This document shows positions 58,052 to 64,000 of a stretch of 64,000 nt of DNA, piece after piece. The translations under genes and the position numbers were made by a program. Source of the stretch: Thermoplasmata archaeon. GTDB lineage: Archaea > Thermoplasmatota > Thermoplasmata > Thermoplasmatales > GCA-001856825. The notes under the pieces are model-generated. The model saw nothing but the letters and a program-made list of their open reading frames with translations, had not been told where the DNA came from and made no database searches. Each line of letters begins with the position of its first letter. The stretch's first letter is position 1. Location: NCBI GenBank assembly GCA_021792255.1, contig JAJYUZ010000002.1, positions 320,001-384,000 on the forward strand, read 5' to 3'.

Positions 58052-58765
58052 ATGGGAAAGAGAATAGTTGTTCAGAGAAGAGGAAAGGGCGGACTCATGT
58101 ACAGGAGTCCGAGTCACAGGCATTACGGTCAAATCAAGTATCCGACTGAAAAGAACTGGGAAGGAAGAGTCGAGAAGCTGGTCAGGGATCCAGGTCACTA
58201 TGCACCAGTTGCTGTCGTCAGGATGAATGACGAGAGCAACAGGAATTTCATAGCTCACAGTGGTATGTTCACTGGACAGAAGATAAGGGGAGGTCTGGAC
58301 GTTCCCTCTGGAGTTGGCAATACCCTACCACTCGGTTTGATCCCCGATGGTTCTACAGTCTTCAACGTAGAGGTCAGACCAGGATCCGGTGGCAACATAG
58401 CCAGGACTCCGGGGGCGTACTGTACGGTCGTAGCCCATGGGGAAAATGTCACACTCAAACTTCCCTCAGGAAAGATGAGGGACATCAAGCCGTCGTGTCT
58501 AGCGACGATCGGCGTCACCGGTGGGGGAGGAAGAAATTCAAAGCCGTTCCTGAAGGCAGGTAAGAAGATACACGCTTACTCGAGCAGAGCAAAGCGCCCA
58601 TTCTCTGTCAGAGGAATTGCGATGAACGCAGCCAACCATCCGCACGGTGGCGGAAACCATCAGCACGTGGGAAGGCCATCCACGGTGGGTAGAAATACTC
58701 CTCCTGGAAGAAAGGTAGGAAGACTTTCCCCGAGAAAGAAGGTGAAGACAAATGCCGGAAGATAA
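58052..58765 (+). CDS. rpl2: 50S ribosomal protein L2
   Basis: MGKRIVVQRRG, VRGIAMNAANHPHGGG, PPGRKVG. Confidence 0.97.
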   Translation: MGKRIVVQRRGKGGLMYRSPSHRHYGQIKYPTEKNWEGRVEKLVRDPGHYAPVAVVRMNDESNRNFIAHSGMFTGQKIRGGLDVPSGVGNTLPLGLIPDGSTVFNVEVRPGSGGNIARTPGAYCTVVAHGENVTLKLPSGKMRDIKPSCLATIGVTGGGGRNSKPFLKAGKKIHAYSSRAKRPFSVRGIAMNAANHPHGGGNHQHVGRPSTVGRNTPPGRKVGRLSPRKKVKTNAGR

Positions 58766-59207
58766 GAGATTGAGATCACAGAAAGCGATTAAGAGGTCCA
58801 AGAGGAAGGCGACGAAGGCAATATCGGAGAGAGGGAAGGAGATACTCTACAGAGGCAAGACGCTGGATCAGTTACTTGCTTTAGATTTTCCCGAACTGCT
58901 CAAGACGGTGCCAGCCAGGGCAAGAAGATCCCTGAAGAGGGGGTACAACGTCGAACAGCAGAGACTTCACGACAGGCTGCTGGAGGAAGACTCCGTGAAG
59001 ACGAGAGTCAGGGACCTGATCATAATTCCTCAGTACGTGGGGAAGACGATATCCGTTTACAACGGCCACCTTTATCAGACATTCACGATTAAGGAAGAGA
59101 TGATTGGTCATTACCTGGGGGAATTCTCCCAGACGAGGAAAGAAGTGAAACACTCCGGACCCGGAGTGGGGGCTACTAGAGGATCGAAGTTCCTCCCCCT
59201 GAAGTGA
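58752..59207 (+). CDS. rps19: 30S ribosomal protein S19
   Basis: YRGKTL, MIGHYLGEFS, GVGATRGS. Confidence 0.96.
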   Translation: MPEDKRLRSQKAIKRSKRKATKAISERGKEILYRGKTLDQLLALDFPELLKTVPARARRSLKRGYNVEQQRLHDRLLEEDSVKTRVRDLIIIPQYVGKTISVYNGHLYQTFTIKEEMIGHYLGEFSQTRKEVKHSGPGVGATRGSKFLPLK

Positions 59208-59216
59208 GGTCTTGAA

Positions 59217-59669
59217 ATGAAATACGTAATAGAAACTGATAAGAAAAAAAGTGCAAGGGCGACGTCAGTGAACACTCCCATCTCCCCGAGGGACGCTCTA
59301 GAGGTGGTCAGGACGGTCAAGGGGATGAAACTCGAGACGGCAAAGGATTACCTGGAGAAGGTCATATCCAAGACCAATGCAGTCCCGTACAGAAAATTCC
59401 TGGACTCGGTATCCCACAAGAGAGGAATCGGCTCCGGAAGGTATCCAGTGAGGGCTGCGAAATATGTTCTCGAAACATTGACTAATGCCGAAAATAATGC
59501 AGAATTCAAACAGCTGGACTCGGAAAAGCTAGTGATAAAGAACGCAGTCGCGCAGCCAGCACCTCCCATCAAGTACTACACGTACAAGGCGTTTGGATCT
59601 AGTGGACACTTTTACAGGGAGAGGGTACACATCCAGATTATTCTAGAAGAGTTGGAGGAGACAGAATGA
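59217..59669 (+). CDS. rpl22: 50S ribosomal protein L22
   Basis: GRYPVRAA, NAENNA; operon position. Confidence 0.95.
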   Translation: MKYVIETDKKKSARATSVNTPISPRDALEVVRTVKGMKLETAKDYLEKVISKTNAVPYRKFLDSVSHKRGIGSGRYPVRAAKYVLETLTNAENNAEFKQLDSEKLVIKNAVAQPAPPIKYYTYKAFGSSGHFYRERVHIQIILEELEETE

Positions 59670-60319
59670 AGGAATTGAAGTTTCTTAAGGAAAACATCAG
59701 AAGGCAGCTTATCAAGGAATATCTAATTCAGGAAATCGGGGACGCGGGATTTGGAGGAGTCGACATCCAGAGGACCCCCCAGAACACTATAGTCATGCTC
59801 AGGGTAGAGCGACCCGGTCTAGTCATCGGAAGAAGAGGATCGAAGATAAAGAACATGGAGGCTACGCTGGAGAAGAAGTTTAGCCTGACGAGCCCACTGA
59901 TCAAGGTCGAAGGAACCGAGGAACCCGGACTGAACGCCCAGATAATGGCACAGAAACTGGCGAGATCGATAGAAAAAGGGTGGCACTTCAGGAGAGCGGG
60001 ACACAGCATCCTCAAGAGGATAATGGACTCGGGAGCTAGAGGGGGACAAGTGAGGATGGGAGGTAAGCTGACTGGAGAGAGGTCCAGGACCGTCAAGTAC
60101 ACATCCGGCAAGGTCATATCGTCCGGTTACCCTTCCGAATCTATCGAGAAGGGGTTTGCGGTCGCAATGACGAAACCCGGTATCATAGGCATCACGGTAA
60201 AGATACTCAGAAAGAACGTAAAGCTGCCAGACGACATCCAGGTTCGCAAGGTCAATTTTGGGGAGGTGACGGGCATTGGAGGAAATGAAGGCAAAATCGA
60301 TCCGCAAGATGAGCAGTGA
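59666..60319 (+). CDS. rps3: 30S ribosomal protein S3
   Basis: KH-domain RPGLVIGRRG, HFRRAG, GKLTGERS. Confidence 0.96.
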   Translation: MKELKFLKENIRRQLIKEYLIQEIGDAGFGGVDIQRTPQNTIVMLRVERPGLVIGRRGSKIKNMEATLEKKFSLTSPLIKVEGTEEPGLNAQIMAQKLARSIEKGWHFRRAGHSILKRIMDSGARGGQVRMGGKLTGERSRTVKYTSGKVISSGYPSESIEKGFAVAMTKPGIIGITVKILRKNVKLPDDIQVRKVNFGEVTGIGGNEGKIDPQDEQ

Positions 60320-60476
60320 AGAGATGAAGAAGAAATACAACGATCTGCGAGAGGAACTGATGAGGGAGAGAGGGATATCAGCTATGGGAGGAGCTCCTCC
60401 GAGTCCTGGAAAGATAGAGTCACTGCGAAGACAGCTTGCCAGAATGGAAACGGTGATGAGGGAGATAGAAAAATGA
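60285..60476 (+). CDS. rpl29: 50S ribosomal protein L29
   Basis: IRKMS...PGKIESLRRQLARMETV; ATG 60285 preceded by GGAGG. Confidence 0.93.
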   Translation: MKAKSIRKMSSEEMKKKYNDLREELMRERGISAMGGAPPSPGKIESLRRQLARMETVMREIEK

Positions 60477-60757
60477 AGGACGACAAGATTTTCAGAGACT
60501 TGACCCCACTCGACGAGATAGCCAGAGAATCTCAGGTCATAACGATCGAAACAGACAAAAGGAGATACGGGAAGTGGATGACAATAGTGTCTGGATTTGA
60601 CCCGCACTCTGAAGACGTCAAAGAGCTGGCGAAAACGCTCAAGAAGAAAACGGCGACTGGTGGAACGGTCAAGGGAGAGAAGATAGAACTGCAGGGAGAC
60701 CAGAGGGAAAAGGCAAAGAAGGTTCTCGAGGAAATGGGTTTTAAGGTCGAGGTCTGA
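60473..60757 (+). CDS. translation initiation factor SUI1 homolog (aIF1)
   Basis: RRYGKWMT, LKKKTATGGTVK, IELQGD. Confidence 0.95.
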   Translation: MKDDKIFRDLTPLDEIARESQVITIETDKRRYGKWMTIVSGFDPHSEDVKELAKTLKKKTATGGTVKGEKIELQGDQREKAKKVLEEMGFKVEV

Positions 60758-60759
60758 GA

Positions 60760-61017
60760 ATGAACGCTTACCTTACCGATGTAATCGGTTACAAGATTAG
60801 AGTGATAAAACACACCGATCCGACTCTCGTTGGATTGGAGGGAAAAGTAGTGGACGAGCGAAAGAACATCCTGACGCTTGAGACGGAGAATGGCAAAAAG
60901 ATTCTCCCCAAGACGAAGGGAATTTTGATGATTAATGATCAGAGCATGGACCTCGAGAAAATGAGGTTCAGGCCGGAAGACAAGATGAAAAAGATTAGGA
61001 GGAAGGGAAGGCAATGA
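60760..61017 (+). CDS. rnp1: ribonuclease P protein component 1 (Rpp29)
   Basis: IGYKIRV, GLEGKVVDERKN, RPED; conserved position between SUI1 and S17. Confidence 0.9.
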   Translation: MNAYLTDVIGYKIRVIKHTDPTLVGLEGKVVDERKNILTLETENGKKILPKTKGILMINDQSMDLEKMRFRPEDKMKKIRRKGRQ

Positions 61018-61340
61018 GGAACATAGGCATAGAAGTAAACGAACCCAAGGAAGAATGCACCGATTCGAAGTGCCCATTTCACGGGGAACTGGGAGTGAAA
61101 TCCCCTGTCATAGAGGGGAAGATCACGTCGGTTTCCATGAAGGGTACGGTGACGGTCTTGAGGGAATATCTGAAGAAGAACGAGAAGTACGAGAGATACG
61201 AGAAGAGACGGAAGAAGTATCACGCACACCTCCCGGGTTGCATACACGTCAAGCTGGGAGACGTCGTCAAGATAGCATATGCAAGGCCACTGGCCAAGTC
61301 AGTATCGTTCGTGGTAATAGAGAAGGAGGAGAGACTGTGA
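61014..61340 (+). CDS. rps17: 30S ribosomal protein S17
   Basis: CTDSKCPFHG, KYERYEKRR, RPLAKSVSFVV. Confidence 0.96.
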   Translation: MRNIGIEVNEPKEECTDSKCPFHGELGVKSPVIEGKITSVSMKGTVTVLREYLKKNEKYERYEKRRKKYHAHLPGCIHVKLGDVVKIAYARPLAKSVSFVVIEKEERL

Positions 61341-61735
61341 AGGGACTGGCAGGAGTACAGATGAGGGGTCTCCCGCTGGGGGCAAACCTTGAGTGCGCAG
61401 ATAACTCCGGTGCGAAGATGCTTTCTTTGATCAACGTGAAGGCATACCACAACACCAAGAGAAGAGTCCCGGCCGCGTCTGTCGGTGACATGATCGTTGC
61501 CTCAGTAAAGAGGGGATCTCCAGAAATGAGAAGAAAGGTGGTCTACGCTATCGTGATCAGACAGAGAAGGACGTTCAGGAGACAGGATGGAGTGATGGTC
61601 GAATTTGAAGACAACGCAGCGGTACTGGTTCAAGACAACGGCGAAACCAGAGGGACCGAGATAAAGGGACCGGTGGCGAAGGAGGCCGCCGAGAGATGGC
61701 CGAGGGTTGCCGCCCTCGCGAGTTCCATCGTGTGA
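61337..61735 (+). CDS. rpl14: 50S ribosomal protein L14
   Basis: CADNSGAK, FEDNAAV, GPVAKEAAERW; GTG start at 61337 after GGAGG. Confidence 0.96.
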   Translation: MKGLAGVQMRGLPLGANLECADNSGAKMLSLINVKAYHNTKRRVPAASVGDMIVASVKRGSPEMRRKVVYAIVIRQRRTFRRQDGVMVEFEDNAAVLVQDNGETRGTEIKGPVAKEAAERWPRVAALASSIV

Positions 61736-61745
61736 GGTGAAAGAG

Positions 61746-62204
61746 ATGAAAAACGTTAGCGTTCATCTGTCAAAGGACCTGATTTCAAAGTATGGAATCA
61801 AGAATTTTCCAGTAAGGAAGGGAGATCTCGTCAGGATAGTCAGAGGAGATGCTGAGAAGGACGAGAAACTGAACATCGTGGGAAAGGAGGGAAAGGTGAT
61901 CAAGATAGTCACCGATGAGGGCAAAGTCATCATCGAAAACATAAACATAGCGAAGGCAGACGGAAAGATGAAACCGAGAAAACTTGACCCCTCTGCCGTC
62001 GTTCTTACCAAGCTTATCCTGGAAGACAAGAAGAGGAAGGAGAGGCTGACCAGGCTCGCATCCCTCAGGAACAAGGTCGTGGAGGACGAGCCAGAGCCTG
62101 AACCCAAGGAACCAGAAAAGACTGAGGAGAAAGGCGAAGAGCCAGAGGCTCCCGCAGAAAAAGAGACAGAGGAAGAGGAAAAGGAGGAAGAAGAAAATGA
62201 GTAA
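61746..62204 (+). CDS. rpl24: 50S ribosomal protein L24
   Basis: PVRKGDLVRIVRG KOW region; GAGGTGA RBS before ATG 61746; acidic tail. Confidence 0.92.
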   Translation: MKNVSVHLSKDLISKYGIKNFPVRKGDLVRIVRGDAEKDEKLNIVGKEGKVIKIVTDEGKVIIENINIAKADGKMKPRKLDPSAVVLTKLILEDKKRKERLTRLASLRNKVVEDEPEPEPKEPEKTEEKGEEPEAPAEKETEEEEKEEEENE

Positions 62205-62901
62205 GCACGTCAAGAGACTTGCGTCGCCGACGACCTGGAAGCAACCGAGGAAGAAGTTCGCCTGGTCCGTCCGTTCCCGGGCAGGACCACATCCGCTCAA
62301 AGCGAGCGTTCCTCTCATGGTCGTGATAAGGGACGTACTGAAGTTTGCCGACACATCCAAGGAAGCGAGAAACATAATAACCAAAGGAAAAGTGGAAGTG
62401 GATGGCAGAGTCGTGAAGGACTACCAGAGACCCGTTGGATTCATGGACGTTCTGTCCGTGAAGGATTCAGGGGTCGCAAAGAGGGTACTGATGGATAAGA
62501 AGGGTACGCTGATTCTTGCTGATCTGAACTCACAAGAAGTTAACTGGAAACTGGTAAAAGTGACAGGGAAGACTATAGCAAAGGGTGGCAAGATACAGAT
62601 CGCAACCCACGACGGGAGGGTAATTCTCTCCAGCGAGGAGAACGTAAAGAGGGGAGACACCCTGAAGATCAGTATTCCGGACCAAAAGATACTGGAAGTC
62701 TATCCGATGGCAAAGGAAACGTCCGTATATGTTACGGGCGGAGCTCACAAGGGGACGATAACGACGATCAAAGAAATTAACGTCTCTAGAAGCTACCAGG
62801 AGAATACGGTGGAGAGCAACGACAACTTTACGACCACCATGTCAAACGTATTCGTGCTTGGAAAATCCAAGGGCGAGATAACGATCCCAGGAGGCGCTTA
62901 G
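62197..62901 (+). CDS. rps4e: 30S ribosomal protein S4e
   Basis: HVKRL, GPHP, PVGFMDV, THDGR, TGGAH. Confidence 0.96.
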   Translation: MSKHVKRLASPTTWKQPRKKFAWSVRSRAGPHPLKASVPLMVVIRDVLKFADTSKEARNIITKGKVEVDGRVVKDYQRPVGFMDVLSVKDSGVAKRVLMDKKGTLILADLNSQEVNWKLVKVTGKTIAKGGKIQIATHDGRVILSSEENVKRGDTLKISIPDQKILEVYPMAKETSVYVTGGAHKGTITTIKEINVSRSYQENTVESNDNFTTTMSNVFVLGKSKGEITIPGGA

Positions 62902-62902
62902 A

Positions 62903-63421
62903 ATGGTGGACATGAGAGACGTAGTAATCGACAAAGTCACGATAAACATAGGTGTGGGAGAATCGGGAGAAAAGCTGGAGAAGGCAAAGAGCGTCCTCAA
63001 ACTTCTGACCACCGGAAATCCCACGATCACAAAGGCAAAGAGAACCAGCAGAGAATTCGGATTGAGAAGGGATCAGCCTATCGGGGTCAAGGTCACTCTG
63101 AAGGGAGAGGAGATGGACAGGTTCCTCAAGACCGCCCTGTGGGTCAAGAACAACAAGTGCCTGAGCTACTCCTTTTCGGAGCAGGGAAGCTACAGCTTTG
63201 GCATCGCAGACTACACGGATTTCAAGGGTATGAAGTACAACCCGGAGATCGGAATTTTCGGGATGGATGTGGTCGTCACTTTCAAGAGAAGAGGTGGCTA
63301 CAGGGTAGCGAGAAGATGGATAACTCCGCGCCCAGTTCCGAAGAAGATCAGGGTCAAAAGGGAAGAAATGATGAAATTCATGAAGGAAAACTACAACGTA
63401 GAGATTCTGGAGGTGGGATGA
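62903..63421 (+). CDS. rpl5: 50S ribosomal protein L5
   Basis: KVTINIGVGESG, PIGVKVTL, IGIFGMD. Confidence 0.96.
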   Translation: MVDMRDVVIDKVTINIGVGESGEKLEKAKSVLKLLTTGNPTITKAKRTSREFGLRRDQPIGVKVTLKGEEMDRFLKTALWVKNNKCLSYSFSEQGSYSFGIADYTDFKGMKYNPEIGIFGMDVVVTFKRRGGYRVARRWITPRPVPKKIRVKREEMMKFMKENYNVEILEVG

Positions 63422-63583
63422 GTGACGCAGACTAAGCTTGCCCCAAAGAAGAAGTACGGCAGGAAGGAAGGGTGCGAAAGGTGCGGAAGGAAGAGGGGTC
63501 TAGTGAGAAGGTATAACCTTCATCTCTGCAGGCAGTGCTTCAGGGAGATAGCTCCCGAGCTGGGGTTCGAGAAATATTCGTGA
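63422..63583 (+). CDS. rps14: 30S ribosomal protein S14, zinc-binding type (not in ORF track)
   Basis: Manual translation from GTG: [53 protein letters not shown]. Confidence 0.95.
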   Translation: MTQTKLAPKKKYGRKEGCERCGRKRGLVRRYNLHLCRQCFREIAPELGFEKYS

Positions 63584-63592
63584 GGTGAAAGA

Positions 63593-63976
63593 ATGGGAGA
63601 TACGTTAAACGATGCATTAATTTCCATTAAGAACGCTTCTAAGCTGGGAAGACAGGAACTTGACGTCAGGGCGTCAAATCTAGTTGGAAGGGTACTTCGC
63701 GTGTTCCAGAAGTATGGCTACATCGAGGAGTACGAATACGTGGAAAACGGGAAGGGTGGATTATTCAAGGTAAAGGTTGCGAAGACCGTCAATAACTGCG
63801 GAGCCATCAAGCCAAGATTTTCAATAAAGAGGGACGAACTGGAAAGGTGGGAGTCGCGATACCTTCCGGCCCAGGATATAGGAATCCTGGTCATATCCAC
63901 CACTTCTGGTGTGATGAGCAACGCGGAAGCGAAGAAAAAGGGAACCGGAGGAAAGGCGCTTGCCTTCATCTACTGA
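63593..63976 (+). CDS. rps8: 30S ribosomal protein S8
   Basis: DTLNDAL, CGAIKPRF, STTSGVM; GAGGTGA RBS. Confidence 0.96.
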   Translation: MGDTLNDALISIKNASKLGRQELDVRASNLVGRVLRVFQKYGYIEEYEYVENGKGGLFKVKVAKTVNNCGAIKPRFSIKRDELERWESRYLPAQDIGILVISTTSGVMSNAEAKKKGTGGKALAFIY

Positions 63977-63986
63977 GGTGATATGA

Positions 63987-64000
63987 ATGGAAAGAATAAT
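63987..64000 (+). CDS. probable start of 50S ribosomal protein L6 (cut off by the window end)
   Basis: GAGGTGA RBS then ATG GAA AGA ATA; identity inferred only from conserved operon order. Confidence 0.45.

Noticed and set aside
56122-63969. Many alternative-frame and antisense ORFs in the ribosomal operon (e.g. 59819-60607)
   Set aside because: Shadow ORFs from biased codon usage of the ribosomal genes; no motifs
1-64000. CRISPR arrays, IS elements, rRNA genes, inteins
   Set aside because: No regularly spaced repeats, transposase motifs, rRNA sequence or intein-sized insertions (nrdJ and the helicase are normal length) were seen by eye

Overview
Chromosomal window from an archaeon, most likely Thermoplasmata. 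This is inferred from archaeal-type ribosomal proteins, RNase P subunits Rpp21/Rpp29, aIF1, XerA, pantoate kinase, GAGGTGA ribosome-binding sites and TATA boxes. It is mostly housekeeping: pyrC, purM, CoA and NAD salvage, cysS, truD, a double-length thyX, class II RNR, and the L3 to S8 part of the large ribosomal-protein operon. There are three tRNAs (Thr-UGU, Ser-CGA, Ala-UGC), an accessory-looking tract at about 15.7-24.8 kb, and two ribosomal genes missed by the ORF track (rpl40e, rps14). No CRISPR array, transposase or prophage was seen. The best leads are: (1) a membrane-tethered wHTH regulator followed by an array of GAAA-N4-TTTC operators on the promoter of a Met/His-rich SHOCT gene; (2) an orphan arcadin-1-like gene with no crenactin nearby; (3) a bacterial-type QueG with intact motifs in an archaeon; (4) a pyroglutamyl-peptidase homolog with catalytic Cys->Ser and His->Asn; (5) a Tpt1/KptA gene whose stop codon lies inside tRNA-Ala; (6) a structured leader before rpl3. 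All family calls come from motif recognition by eye; no database search was run.
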